Source: Candidatus Taylorbacteria bacterium RIFCSPLOWO2_01_FULL_48_100
GTDB lineage: Bacteria; Patescibacteriota; Minisyncoccia; Phycocordibacterales; UBA10002
Assembly: GCA_001821135.1 (NCBI GenBank)
Contig: MHSA01000012.1
Coordinates: 6,341 to 70,340 of the forward strand
Length of the DNA: 64,000 nt
Reading direction: 5' to 3'
The position numbers and the translations under genes are program-made. Positions 1 to 10,035 of the stretch are shown here, piece after piece. Every line of letters starts with the position of its first letter. The first letter of the stretch is position 1. The notes below the pieces were generated by a model. That model saw only the letters and a program-made list of their open reading frames with translations. It was not told where the DNA came from and searched no databases.

Positions 1-395
1 AACCCGCCCGAACGATTGACATCGTTCAGTCGGGCGGGCGAAATAACACGGCATATAAAATCTCATTGGAGGGAATGACATTGGTTTTCTTGGGTGCGCT
101 CTCGGATGCGGCGCTCCCTCCAGAAGTAAAGTCGGCGTTTGAAGACGTGGATATTTTGTTTGTGCCTGTTGGCGGCGGAGGCGTACTCCACGCTGGTGAC
201 GCGCATAAGCTTTCGGTCGCGCTTGAGCCGAAAATAATTATTCCTATGCATTTTGGAAAAGAAGGTAGTAAAGAACTAGCGCAATTTCTGAAAGAAAGTG
301 GGGAGAAGGGCGCGGAGCCAGTGGAAAAACTCACGCTCAAGAAAAAAGATATTGAAGGAAAAAAAGGCGAGGTAGTTGTGTTGCAGATAAGTTGA
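1..395 (+). CDS. MBL-fold metallo-hydrolase family protein, C-terminal part (5' end outside the window)
   Basis: Frame is open from the window start; NTAYKISLEGMTLVFLG, DVDILFVPVGGG and PKIIIPMHF motifs. Confidence 0.75.
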   Translation, partial: PARTIDIVQSGGRNNTAYKISLEGMTLVFLGALSDAALPPEVKSAFEDVDILFVPVGGGGVLHAGDAHKLSVALEPKIIIPMHFGKEGSKELAQFLKESGEKGAEPVEKLTLKKKDIEGKKGEVVVLQIS

Positions 396-403
396 AAGAG
401 AGA

Positions 404-493
404 ATATGCTTCGCGAAAAGCGAAATTTTTTCCTCTTTACCCTCTCTACGGGGGTCCTACGAGATAAAAAATTTCGCTTTTCGCTTCGCATAT
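404..493. repeat. Long imperfect inverted repeat (MITE/REP-like)
   Basis: ATATGC..CGAAAAGCGAAATTTTTT ... AAAAAATTTCGCTTTTCG..GCATAT arms. Confidence 0.75.
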
Positions 494-499
494 ACATCC

Positions 500-898
500 A
501 TGTTTAATTTCTTGGAAAAAATGCGGGATTCAGAAAACGCGCCGCGCGAACGCGCAGCGTTCGTCGCGGCACTTGTCTTGACGGCGGCAATTGGCGCAGT
601 GTGGTTTTCGTTGTCGGGCGACGCACCGCTCGCTTCAGAAGCGGCGCCGAACGAGAATGTGCCGGTAGAAGAAATTTCTGCGCCGATAGACACCGAAGGT
701 CCTATCTCAAAGTTTCGCGCGGAGATGGCGGATGCCGCCGTTTTTCTTGCCGGGCAAGTTCGCAAAATCGGCGATTTGTGGAAGGGGTTCAAGTTCAATG
801 CGCCTATTGACTATAAACAATCAGAAAGTGCCGCGTTTCAAGAAAATACAGAAAAGACAGAAAGGGCGGAACAGGCAAAACAAATTCTGGGCGAATAA
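500..898 (+). CDS. Single-TM hypothetical protein
   Basis: ATG at 500; hydrophobic AAFVAALVLTAAIGAVWFSL segment. Confidence 0.65.
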   Translation: MFNFLEKMRDSENAPRERAAFVAALVLTAAIGAVWFSLSGDAPLASEAAPNENVPVEEISAPIDTEGPISKFRAEMADAAVFLAGQVRKIGDLWKGFKFNAPIDYKQSESAAFQENTEKTERAEQAKQILGE

Positions 899-980
899 AA
901 GTCGCTCACATTACGCCACAGTTTTCGGTTCTTGTGTGAACTCTCCCATTTACTTGCTATAGCAGATAAATGGGAGAGTG

Positions 981-1008
981 TTGACAAAGAAAAGAAGGTG
1001 TGTATAAT
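981..1008 (+). promoter_or_regulatory. sigma70-type promoter
   Basis: TTGACA-16 nt-TATAAT, perfect hexamers, upstream of ORF 1080. Confidence 0.75.
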
Positions 1009-1079
1009 TGAGTGTGGAGGCAGTAAAGAAACACATGATGTGTTTCTGTTGAAAAACAGCGTAAAAGGAAGGAAGGAAA

Positions 1080-1580
1080 ATGAAAACCAAAGAACTGCGC
1101 GCCAGAAAGCGCGCAACAGTAGCAAAATTGCCGGCTTCGCTAAAGCGACTTCCTGGAACTGTTATCGTTTCAGCACAGCCGAGATGTATCGTCGCAAAAT
1201 GCTTCACCGACAAATCGGTCTTCGCCTACCGCGACTACAACTTTAACTCGTGGCTACCAAAGACACTTCCCGTAAGCGTGGAGATAGGAGTATCGGGATA
1301 TGAACTCACCGATACCACCACCGAAGCAGAGATGGCGAAAGTCGGCAAGAAATTCACCAACCTCTCGCAGATTGAAAATCTCATTCTGCGAACGGAGAAA
1401 GGTGAAAACCATGGTCTCGTCACCAACGGCTATGCCAATATCTTCTTCTTACAAGTTGGTGCTTCCGTCTTCATGGTGCACGCGTACCGGTACGATGACA
1501 GGTGGTCTTTGTGCCTGTACCGCTTCAGCGCGAGGAACGCGTGGTATGCCGAGAGTCGGTTCTTTTCCCCCGCAACTTGA
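1080..1580 (+). CDS. Hypothetical protein resembling CPR DGR variable (CLec-like) proteins
   Basis: GLVTNGYANIFF motif, then aromatic-rich C-terminus ...WSLCLYRFSARNAWYAESRFFS; AGGA RBS. Confidence 0.55.
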   Translation: MKTKELRARKRATVAKLPASLKRLPGTVIVSAQPRCIVAKCFTDKSVFAYRDYNFNSWLPKTLPVSVEIGVSGYELTDTTTEAEMAKVGKKFTNLSQIENLILRTEKGENHGLVTNGYANIFFLQVGASVFMVHAYRYDDRWSLCLYRFSARNAWYAESRFFSPAT

Positions 1581-1605
1581 CCGCCTGAGTTCTTGTCCCC
1601 TTGAG

Positions 1606-1641
1606 ACCCCCTTGCTCTTCCGAGAGCAAGGGGGTTTTTGT
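1606..1641 (+). terminator. Rho-independent terminator
   Basis: CCCCCTTGCTCT-tccg-AGAGCAAGGGGG followed by a T run. Confidence 0.8.
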
Positions 1642-1683
1642 TTGAGGGGATTTTAATGTTCTTTTATGCTATAATAAAGAGGT

Positions 1684-4164
1684 ATGTCAGATGCTAAAAA
1701 GGCGAAAGGGGGTCCGCTTCCGGATGGTGTTCCTGCCGGAGGGCGGATTGCGGGGCGCGAAATAACGACCGAGATGCGCGAGTCGTATCTTGACTACGCG
1801 ATGTCGGTCATAACTATGCGCGCGCTCCCAGATGTGCGCGACGGACTCAAGCCCGTGCATCGCCGCATTCTCTACGCGATGCACGAAATGGGGCTCGCGG
1901 CGTCTGCGAAGTTTCGTAAATCGGCGGCGGTGGTCGGCGATGTTCTAGGCAAGTACCACCCGCACGGCGACATTTCCGTATATGATGCGCTTGTGAAAAT
2001 GGCGCAGTCGTTTTCTTTCCGATACCCGCTGATTTGGGGGCAAGGAAATTTCGGATCTGTGGACGGCGACTCGCCCGCAGCGATGCGCTATACAGAGGCG
2101 AAAATGTCGCGCGTTGCGGGTGAGCTTCTGCGCGATTTGGAAAAGGAGACGGTTGACTGGCGCCCCAACTACGACGCGACACGCAAAGAGCCGACTGTTC
2201 TTCCGACTGGAGTGCCGAGCTTGGTACTGAACGGCACGCTCGGCATTGCCGTCGGTATGGCGACCAACATCCCGCCACACAACTTAAAAGAAGTGGTGGA
2301 TGCAACAGCGCACATTATAGACAACCCCGATGCGACCACAGAAGACCTCTTGCATTTCGTGAAAGGCCCTGACTTTCCGACTGGCGGCGTTGCTTACAGC
2401 GCGAAGGACATTGCGCACGCGTACGCGACTGGCAAAGGTCCCGTCGTAGTGCGAGGCGAGGCGGAGATTATTGAAGAAAAAGCGGGACATTCACAAATCA
2501 TCATTTCCTCTATTCCGTACCGTGTAAACAAAGCGGAATTGATTATACGGATTGCCGATCTCGTGCGCGACAAAAAGCTTGAAGGTATTAAAGGGCTTCG
2601 CGACGAATCAACAAAAGATATCCGCATCGTGATTGACTTAAAACAGGGTGCGTACCCAGAAAAAGTGCTTAACGCGCTCTACAAGCATACGCAGTTAGAA
2701 GATGCATTCCATTACAACTGCGTCGCGCTTGTGGACGGCGTGCCGGAAACCCTCTCGCTTAAAGCACTTTTGGAAGCGTTCGTTGAACATCGCAAAGAAG
2801 TTGTACGCCGCCGCAGCGAGTTTGACCTCGCGCGCGCGAAGGAGCGCGAGCATATTCTATTAGGGCTTACGATTGCGCTAAAAAACATAGACGCGATTGT
2901 TAAGTTAATAAAAAATGCGAAAGATGTGGACGAGGCGCGCGCGGGGCTGAGCAAAACATTTAAGCTATCGGAAATACAAGCGAATGCGATTTTGGAAATG
3001 CGCCTGCAGAAGCTCGCGGGTTTGGAGCGCAAGAAAATTGAAGACGAACTACTTGATGTGCAGAAGTTAATCGGCGAACTGGAAGACCTTCTTGCGCATC
3101 CGAAAAAGATTCTCGGTGTCGTGCGCAAGGAACTCATTGAAGTCGGCGAGAAGTATGGCGACGAACGGCGGACACGGATTGTTAAAACAGGAGTTGCGGA
3201 ACTTTCTGACGAGGATTTAATTCCCGACGAGGAAAGTGTTCTTGTGTTTACGCGCGGCGGCTATGTAAAGCGCACCGCTCCAGATGAGTACCGCAAGCAA
3301 AAGCGCGGCGGTGTCGGCGTTGTTGATTTGGATACGAAAGAAGAGGACTTTGTTGTAAGCACTCTCTCCGCGTCAACGCACAGCGACCTCTTGTTCTTCA
3401 CCGACCGCGGCAAGGTGTATCAGATGAAAATGTACGAAATTCCCGAAGGGAAGCGCGCTACGCGCGGCAAGTCCATTGCCAATTTCCTTGCGCTTGCGTC
3501 GGACGAGCGCGTTACCTCCATTCTCCCAATGCCTAAAACAACAAAAGCGCTCGCAGGGCTCGCGCTGATTATGATAACGAAAAACGGCATCGGCAAGAAA
3601 GTCGCGGCAGAAAGCTTTCACGATGTGCGCCGTTCTGGACTCATTGCAATTTCGCTAAAAACGGGCGACGAACTCATCTCCGCATCGTTTGTAGAAAAAG
3701 GCGATGAATGCGCCGTCGTAACTTCAGGCGGGCAGTCCATCAGATTTAGAGAATCGGATATTCGCGCAATGGGGCGCGGTGCGGGAGGCGTGCGCACCAT
3801 AAAATTACGAAAAAGCGACATCGTTGCGGGTGCTCAAGTAGTAAAAAGGGGTGTAGAAAAAACAGCACTTTTCATTCTTTCTGAGCACGGGTACGGCAAG
3901 GCGACTTTATTTAAAGAATACAAAACGCAAAAGCGCGGCGGCTCGGGCATCAAGACAGCGAAAGTAACAACAAAGACAGGGAAGGTAATCGCGGCGCGCG
4001 TACTCTCCGACGGAGGAGAAGAAGAGGTGATTGCGATTTCCAAAAAGAGCCAGGTAATTCGTATTGCGGCGTCGGAAATACCGCACCTCGGGCGAGCGAC
4101 GCAAGGCGTGCGCATTATGCGACTCCGCGACGGCGATGCGATTGCGTCAGTTACCGTTCTCTGA
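1684..4164 (+). CDS. gyrA: DNA gyrase subunit A
   Basis: [29 protein letters not shown] active Tyr, QKRGGVG GyrA box, beta-pinwheel repeats. Confidence 0.97.
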   Translation: MSDAKKAKGGPLPDGVPAGGRIAGREITTEMRESYLDYAMSVITMRALPDVRDGLKPVHRRILYAMHEMGLAASAKFRKSAAVVGDVLGKYHPHGDISVYDALVKMAQSFSFRYPLIWGQGNFGSVDGDSPAAMRYTEAKMSRVAGELLRDLEKETVDWRPNYDATRKEPTVLPTGVPSLVLNGTLGIAVGMATNIPPHNLKEVVDATAHIIDNPDATTEDLLHFVKGPDFPTGGVAYSAKDIAHAYATGKGPVVVRGEAEIIEEKAGHSQIIISSIPYRVNKAELIIRIADLVRDKKLEGIKGLRDESTKDIRIVIDLKQGAYPEKVLNALYKHTQLEDAFHYNCVALVDGVPETLSLKALLEAFVEHRKEVVRRRSEFDLARAKEREHILLGLTIALKNIDAIVKLIKNAKDVDEARAGLSKTFKLSEIQANAILEMRLQKLAGLERKKIEDELLDVQKLIGELEDLLAHPKKILGVVRKELIEVGEKYGDERRTRIVKTGVAELSDEDLIPDEESVLVFTRGGYVKRTAPDEYRKQKRGGVGVVDLDTKEEDFVVSTLSASTHSDLLFFTDRGKVYQMKMYEIPEGKRATRGKSIANFLALASDERVTSILPMPKTTKALAGLALIMITKNGIGKKVAAESFHDVRRSGLIAISLKTGDELISASFVEKGDECAVVTSGGQSIRFRESDIRAMGRGAGGVRTIKLRKSDIVAGAQVVKRGVEKTALFILSEHGYGKATLFKEYKTQKRGGSGIKTAKVTTKTGKVIAARVLSDGGEEEVIAISKKSQVIRIAASEIPHLGRATQGVRIMRLRDGDAIASVTVL

Positions 4165-4167
4165 ACT

Positions 4168-4202
4168 GCGCTAGATGTTGATTGGCGGGAAACTCTTGGT
4201 GC
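4168..4202. repeat. GATGTTGA-family palindrome (degenerate copy)
   Basis: GCGCTAGATGTTGATTGGCGGGAAACTCTTGGTGC, similar to 8331-8367. Confidence 0.6.
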
Positions 4203-4234
4203 CGTAGGTCGATGTTTTTTAGACAATTTCGTGT

Positions 4235-4999
4235 TTGAATATAATTATGCAACCAACTTCATTAACAGAAGAAACTATAAAACACCAATACACACTTCTT
4301 TGTGCCTCGCATGAAAAGTTTCTGAAAAAGTTTGGTGTCAAGTTGCCAAAATTACAAGATACAGAAGGAAATTTTACGAAAGATGCGCTTGTGTTGGTGT
4401 ATCTTTCGCTTGGGTATCCAAAAACAAAGCCCGTCTCAAAAACAGAACTCACACATTTCATACGAAGTTTTTATCCCGATACACCAGATGTACAGCAAGC
4501 AAGGCATCTTGGTGCGCAGAGTGGCTGGTGGATTGTCGCGGGCGGTCGCGACAATATTGTCGCTAGTTTGCGTCGCGGGTGGTATCAACTGCATACTCTG
4601 GAAAAGCCATACCCATCTTTTCACCTAGGTCACCGCATTACAGAAACCGCGAATTGGGCTTTACTAAAAAAACAATATGGTTTTCGGTGCGCAACTTGCG
4701 GTTCAGAAGAAGGTGAGCCGCATCTCCACTGGCCAGCTACAAAAACAAAAATACAAATAGCCCATAAAGATCCTAATAAACCATTAGTTGCTGGTAATAT
4801 CATTCCACAATGCCAAAAATGCAACAGAGCAGATAGAAATAGGTGGGTGTATGACGACAAAGGAAGAGTTATTAAATTAGCAGACGCCAATTTTGTGAGA
4901 AACTTTGATACAATGGTAAGGTGGAAAATATATAAAATACTCTGTAGGGAATTTCGTGATAAAAATCCACACAAAAATGAACGAGAAATTTTTGAATAA
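4235..4999 (+). CDS. HNH endonuclease, putative type II restriction enzyme
   Basis: CATCG...AHKDP...NIIPQCQKCNR HNH/Zn motif; AT-rich; overlaps a DNA methyltransferase. Confidence 0.75.
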   Translation: MNIIMQPTSLTEETIKHQYTLLCASHEKFLKKFGVKLPKLQDTEGNFTKDALVLVYLSLGYPKTKPVSKTELTHFIRSFYPDTPDVQQARHLGAQSGWWIVAGGRDNIVASLRRGWYQLHTLEKPYPSFHLGHRITETANWALLKKQYGFRCATCGSEEGEPHLHWPATKTKIQIAHKDPNKPLVAGNIIPQCQKCNRADRNRWVYDDKGRVIKLADANFVRNFDTMVRWKIYKILCREFRDKNPHKNEREIFE

Positions 5000-5960
5000 A
5001 ATTGTAACAGGTGACGCCCTTAAACTCCTTAATGACATTGAGGATGGTTCCATTGACTTGGTTTTGACCGACCCGCCTTATTTCTTAGATAAACTGGACA
5101 ATGAATGGAATCAACAAAAGGTTTCGCTTCGTCTCAAAAGTCAGTTGGTGGTAAAATCGCTTCCAGCCGGGATGAAGTTTGACAGAGAACAAGGAAAACG
5201 GTTTTACGAGTGGTACAGTTTGGTATCCAGTCAGTTATTTCGTGTGTTAAAGCCTGGAGGTTTTTTCTTTTCCTTTTCAAGCCCTCGTCTGTATCACCGC
5301 ATGGCTTCCGCAGTTGATGATGCCGGTTTTGAAGTCCGTGATATGTTTCTTTGGCTCTATACACAAAATCAAATGAAAGCGATGGGGTTGGCGCATTTTA
5401 TTGATAAACTTAGAGTGTCCTCTGCAGAAAAAGACGTCTTAAAAGAAGAACTACGCGGTTGGAAGACTCCGCAAGTCAAGTCGTGTTTTGAACCGATTGT
5501 CATGGCGCAAAAACCAACCGATGGAACATATCTCTCAAATATCCAAAAGCACCATGTAGGATTAGTCAATACAAATATACGAATTGGAGACGGGATGTTT
5601 CCGTCAAATGTCAGTATAACGGAGCCAATTCATAAAGTGCTTGACCGTGCGTTTCTTTTACCGAAACCGTCGCAAGAAGAGCGAGGTGTGGATAATATCC
5701 ATGAGACCGTTAAACCACTTGTTCTATGTCAGTACATCATTGCTCTTACTGCGTTTGCAAAAGATGCTGTTGTGCTTGACCCGTTTGTGGGGAGTGGAAC
5801 TACGGCATTGGCGGCAGATCGACTTGGCAAGCAGTTTATCGGACTCGATATAAATAAATCGTATGTTGAGATCGCGCGTCGACGTCTGAAGAAAAAAGAA
5901 ATAGTATCATCATTCGCTTCGTTTATTCCAATTACACGACAACCGCAATTACTTGCTTAG
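4977..5960 (+). CDS. Site-specific DNA methyltransferase (N6-A/N4-C, beta class)
   Basis: DLVLTDPPY precedes HETVKP and VLDPFVGSGTT. Confidence 0.92.
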   Translation: MNEKFLNKIVTGDALKLLNDIEDGSIDLVLTDPPYFLDKLDNEWNQQKVSLRLKSQLVVKSLPAGMKFDREQGKRFYEWYSLVSSQLFRVLKPGGFFFSFSSPRLYHRMASAVDDAGFEVRDMFLWLYTQNQMKAMGLAHFIDKLRVSSAEKDVLKEELRGWKTPQVKSCFEPIVMAQKPTDGTYLSNIQKHHVGLVNTNIRIGDGMFPSNVSITEPIHKVLDRAFLLPKPSQEERGVDNIHETVKPLVLCQYIIALTAFAKDAVVLDPFVGSGTTALAADRLGKQFIGLDINKSYVEIARRRLKKKEIVSSFASFIPITRQPQLLA

Positions 5961-5970
5961 TAAATGCAAA

Positions 5971-6498
5971 ATGTTCTCCAACCCATCACAAATTATTTCT
6001 CAATTAGACCTGCAATCCAGCGCGCGGGTGGCGGATATTGGCGCGGGGAGCGGGGCGTATGCACTTGCGGCGGCGAAAGCGGTCGGGGAGCATGGCAAGG
6101 TTTTTGCGGTAGAAGTGCAAAAGGAGCTTTTGTCGCGCATAGAAAAAGAAGCACGCTCAAAAGGCATTCATAATATAGAAACAATGTGGGGGGATGCGGA
6201 GAGCGCGGGCGGAACGCATCTTGCGGACGGCGCGTGTAATGCGGTAATTATTGCAAATGTGCTTTTTCAAGCGTCCGATAAACAGGCGCTCGCGCGCGAA
6301 GCCGCGCGGATTCTGGAACCCCGTGGTCGCGCGCTTGTGGTGGATTGGTCGGGCTCGTTTGGCGGCGCGGGTCCTGCGCCCGCCGCCGTGGTTTCCAAGC
6401 AAAAAGCGCAAGAGATTTTTGAAAGCGCCGGGTTTGTATTGGAACGCGCTGTGGATGCGGGCGCAAACCACTATGGTATAATTTTTAGGAAAAAATAA
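5971..6498 (+). CDS. Class I SAM-dependent methyltransferase
   Basis: VADIGAGSG motif I, VFAVEVQ, LVVDW. Confidence 0.88.
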   Translation: MFSNPSQIISQLDLQSSARVADIGAGSGAYALAAAKAVGEHGKVFAVEVQKELLSRIEKEARSKGIHNIETMWGDAESAGGTHLADGACNAVIIANVLFQASDKQALAREAARILEPRGRALVVDWSGSFGGAGPAPAAVVSKQKAQEIFESAGFVLERAVDAGANHYGIIFRKK

Positions 6499-6609
6499 TA
6501 CCAATCTGCGAATTATACCAATGATACAAATGTCTACGAATAAGAAATGAATTTTATTAGTAGTCATTAGTAGAATTGGTATGTATTAGTATATTGGTAT
6601 GTCCATCTT

Positions 6610-7872
6610 ATGCGTCCATTCCAAATAATACTTCTCGCCGTTTTTGTGATAGCCGCCATTGCGGGGCTGGTCGCCTTTTCGCTTTTTAAGGGCACGCCCC
6701 CCGCAGGGGGGCTTGCGGAACTTGAAGTATGGGGTTCATTTCCGTCATCCGCGTTTTCAAGTGCGACGGCGGACTTGTCTGGAGATGAGTTTAAAATTAC
6801 ATACAAAGAAATCTCCGCGGCTCGGTTTGAGCAAGAACTCATAGAGGCGCTCGCGGCTGGAAGAGGGCCAGATGCGATTATTTTGCCGTCAGAACTTGTA
6901 GTGCGGCATAGCGACAAAATCGTACTGATTCCATTGGAGACACTCTCGGAACGGCAATTTAAAGACGCTTTTGTGGAAGCGGAAGAGGCGTTTTGGACGC
7001 CAGCCGGCGCGCTCGCGATTTCGCTCGCCGTGGACCCTATTGTTATGTACTGGAATCGCGACCGGTTGAGTGCGGGAGGAGTCGCGCGGCCCCCTCGCTA
7101 TTGGGATGAGGTTCTTACGGCAGTTCCGAAGTTGACACTTCGCAATCGGCTCGGGCAAATCCAATCTGCAGGCATTTCTCTCGGCGAGTTTCGCAACATT
7201 ACGAATGCGAAAGAAATTATCTCCGCGCTCTTTTTCCAAAGCGGCGGCAAGCTCATTTCGCGCGCACCGGAAGGATACGCAGTATCGCTTGAGGATTGGG
7301 CGAATGCCGGAAGCGCACTCGGCTTTTTCACTGAGTTTGCAAATCCTGTGAAGTCGCTATACACATGGAATCGCGGTCTGCCACAATCACGCGACATGTT
7401 TGCATCTGGCGACCTTGCGCTGTATTTAGGCTTCGCGTCCGAATATGCGGGGCTTCGCGAAAAGAATCCGCATTTAAATATGTCCGTCGCGCCATTCCCG
7501 CAAACGCGCGATTCTAAACTCACGGTAACATTCGGCAAAGCGTGGGGGCTTGCCGCATTAAAGACGGGAAGAAATCCAGCTGGTGCGATGCGGCTTGGTT
7601 TCGCACTTGCGGATTCCACGCGAATAACAAGATTGGCGGAAGCGCTCGGCACGGTGCCGCCACTTCGCGCACTTCTGGAACGCAAAGCAGACAGTGCCGC
7701 GAAGTCGGTATTTTACGAGGCGGCTTTGCAGGCGCGTAGTTTCCTAGACCCAAACCCTACGGAAACGGCAAAATTATTCCAATCGGTTGTAGAAAATATC
7801 ACCGGCGGCAGAGGGCAGGTAGCGAGCGGGGTAGGCGACTTGCGGAGTGGATTAGAAAGATTACTAAAATAA
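6610..7872 (+). CDS. Extracellular solute-binding protein (sugar ABC family 1)
   Basis: N-terminal anchor, LEVWG, ALAAGRGPD, MYWNRD, PPRYWDEV, FASGDLALY. Confidence 0.85.
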   Translation: MRPFQIILLAVFVIAAIAGLVAFSLFKGTPPAGGLAELEVWGSFPSSAFSSATADLSGDEFKITYKEISAARFEQELIEALAAGRGPDAIILPSELVVRHSDKIVLIPLETLSERQFKDAFVEAEEAFWTPAGALAISLAVDPIVMYWNRDRLSAGGVARPPRYWDEVLTAVPKLTLRNRLGQIQSAGISLGEFRNITNAKEIISALFFQSGGKLISRAPEGYAVSLEDWANAGSALGFFTEFANPVKSLYTWNRGLPQSRDMFASGDLALYLGFASEYAGLREKNPHLNMSVAPFPQTRDSKLTVTFGKAWGLAALKTGRNPAGAMRLGFALADSTRITRLAEALGTVPPLRALLERKADSAAKSVFYEAALQARSFLDPNPTETAKLFQSVVENITGGRGQVASGVGDLRSGLERLLK

Positions 7873-7874
7873 AT

Positions 7875-8315
7875 ATGGAGCAAAACACATTTTCAAAATG
7901 TCTGGAGCGAATGGTCGCATTGCAGCGACCCGAGCGTTACCGAGGACTTTTGCAAAATGTGTTTTGCGGAATGTTTATATATGTTGTTCTTGTTGCGCCA
8001 CTTTTTGCTCACGCCGCTCCGATTGTCCCGTGCGGAAACCCAGGTCAAGAGCCGTGCGGCTTCAATCACTTCCTCATCGGCATCAACAATGTAATTAACT
8101 TTTTGATTATGATTGGCGGCTCCATCGCCGCGATTGTGTTTGCATGGGCGGGAATTCTGATTTTGACTGCCGGCGCGAACGAAAGTCAAGTAACTAAAGC
8201 AAAAGGAATGTTCTGGGCAGTGCTAAAGGGTTTCGCGCTGATGCTCGCCGCGTGGATTTTGGTGAAAATGGTGCTGGTTGGGCTTGGGGTTCCGGATGCG
8301 TTCTCATTGCTTTGA
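7875..8315 (+). CDS. VirB2/TrbC-like pilin 1 (start may be ATG 7971)
   Basis: Signal peptide, IVPCG...C, two TM helices around TAGANESQVTKAK. Confidence 0.75.
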   Translation: MEQNTFSKCLERMVALQRPERYRGLLQNVFCGMFIYVVLVAPLFAHAAPIVPCGNPGQEPCGFNHFLIGINNVINFLIMIGGSIAAIVFAWAGILILTAGANESQVTKAKGMFWAVLKGFALMLAAWILVKMVLVGLGVPDAFSLL

Positions 8316-8330
8316 TAGTATGGAGAAAGA

Positions 8331-8367
8331 GACACCAGATGTTGATAGGCGGCAAACATCTAGTGTC
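8331..8367. repeat. GATGTTGA-family palindrome
   Basis: GACACCAGATGTT-gataggcggca-AACATCTAGTGTC. Confidence 0.75.
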
Positions 8368-8391
8368 TTGGTGTGGTACAATAACACTCAT

Positions 8392-8742
8392 ATGCAAAAA
8401 GTGTTTTGGGTAATAATTGGATTTTTGCTTTCCGCAGGGCAAACATACGCACTGCATACTGGCGGTGGTTTGCCGCATCTTGATAACCCGCTTGGACCTA
8501 CTACCAATACATTTGAAGCGCTTGCGGCGAAAATACTTGTGATTGTTTCCGATATAGGCGGCGTGGTGGCGGTATTCTTTATTATTTACGCAGGGTTTTT
8601 GTTTGTAACTGCTGGCGGAAACGAAGATAAGCATAAGAGCGCGAAAAAGGCGATTTTGTATGCAGTCATCGGCACCGCAATCCTCCTCGGTGCGCAAGCA
8701 CTCGCAAAGATTTTAGAGGCAACGATAAACTCGTTGAAATAA
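8392..8742 (+). CDS. VirB2/TrbC-like pilin 2
   Basis: LDNPLG, IIYAGFLFVTAGGNEDKHKSAKKAILYAVIG. Confidence 0.8.
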   Translation: MQKVFWVIIGFLLSAGQTYALHTGGGLPHLDNPLGPTTNTFEALAAKILVIVSDIGGVVAVFFIIYAGFLFVTAGGNEDKHKSAKKAILYAVIGTAILLGAQALAKILEATINSLK

Positions 8743-8745
8743 TAT

Positions 8746-9066
8746 ATGAAAAAAATATACGCAACATTCTTAATACTCTCACCGCTTTCTGTTTTTGCCG
8801 CGCCAGCCGATTTCAAGGGACTGGTTAATTTGGCGCTGGACAACATCAATGTTGCGCTTTTTGCGCTCCTAATTCTCGCGTGGTTTGTTGTATTTGCGAA
8901 AATAGCCGGTTATATAGGGGCGGGTGTGGGAGGAGATGAAAAAAAGATGAGTGCTTTCAAACAAACGGCACTTTTTGGTGTTCTTGGTATTGCGGCATTA
9001 TTAGTGTATTGGGGCGCGGCAAAAATTATTTGTTTAAGTTTGCTTGGCCCAGGCAATTGCAATTAA
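8746..9066 (+). CDS. VirB2/TrbC-like pilin 3
   Basis: Signal peptide ending SVFA; GGDEKKMSAFK between two TM helices. Confidence 0.7.
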   Translation: MKKIYATFLILSPLSVFAAPADFKGLVNLALDNINVALFALLILAWFVVFAKIAGYIGAGVGGDEKKMSAFKQTALFGVLGIAALLVYWGAAKIICLSLLGPGNCN

Positions 9067-9070
9067 GCAT

Positions 9071-9487
9071 ATGAAAAAATTCATCTTTTCGCTTTTTTTC
9101 GCATCTCCTTTCTTAGTGTTTGCACAGACGCTTCGCGATCAACTTTTGCTCAACAACCCTGCGGCGCGTACTCCGCTTGGTAACATTGTACTTATACTTC
9201 TAGACCTCTTAAGTTTGGTTAGTTTTATTGTAGGCACTCTGGCACTCATCTGGTTCTTCTGGGGCATCATCCAGTATGTCTTAAAAGCCGACAATGAAGA
9301 AAAACAAACGGCAGCGCGCAGTTATATGATTTACGCAGTTATTGGAATGTTCGTTATGTTTTCTATATGGGGGCTTGTAAACTTGGTGCGCAATACCTTT
9401 TTCTTTCCCGGTAGTCCTTTTATTCGCTTAAATCCAGGTGATATTCCAATAGTGCCTCGGCTTCCTGAGGGGAATACAGGAACATAG
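9071..9487 (+). CDS. VirB2/TrbC-like pilin 4
   Basis: FFWGIIQYVLKADNEEKQTAARSYMIYAVIGMFVMFSIWGLV. Confidence 0.8.
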   Translation: MKKFIFSLFFASPFLVFAQTLRDQLLLNNPAARTPLGNIVLILLDLLSLVSFIVGTLALIWFFWGIIQYVLKADNEEKQTAARSYMIYAVIGMFVMFSIWGLVNLVRNTFFFPGSPFIRLNPGDIPIVPRLPEGNTGT

Positions 9488-9579
9488 TTTGTCTACACCC
9501 CGCCATTTGCGCAGGTTGGATTAGAGAATTGAATTATGAACCTCGATTGTTATTATGAAAAACAACACACTGAAAGAAA

Positions 9580-9834
9580 AGATACAGCGATTTTGAACGA
9601 CCCGTGTTGATTATAAGGGTTTTTAATAAAGATTTTGTGCTCGTCGTGCCCATTTCAAGCAAGGAAAAGGAAGGACGATATTATTACGCTTTCAGAAATT
9701 CAGCCAATAAGTGTAATGTGGTTGTGCTGTCTCAGATTAAGTCAATCAGCAGTAAAAGGTTGGTGAGGAAGGTGGGGGAGATTGGAGCAACTGATTTTTT
9801 TGCAATCGCCATTCGGTTAAAAGATTTGATATAA
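9580..9834 (+). pseudogene. PemK/MazF-like toxin, 5'-truncated
   Basis: FERPVLIIRVFNKDFVLVVPISSK...VVLSQIKSISSKRL; in-frame TGA just upstream, N-terminal strand absent. Confidence 0.7.
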
Positions 9835-9890
9835 CAAACGGTGCCCCCTTGCGGGGGCACCTCGAAGCTTCCTTGCGGAAGTATAATGTA
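9833..9890 (-). ncRNA. Candidate small RNA convergent on the PemK gene
   Basis: Minus-strand TTGACT-16-TATACT promoter (9924-9897), two GCAA-tetraloop hairpins, U-rich end. Confidence 0.5.
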
Positions 9891-10035
9891 TCGTTCAGTA
9901 TAGCAAAAGCAATATATAAGTCAAACGGAGTAATCCACACCCCGCCCCTTGCGCTGTTTTTAGATGTTGTATAATAACAAGCGGTCTTAAATAACAAAGG
10001 TCTTTATTATTTATTAGTTTATTAAGGAATTTACA

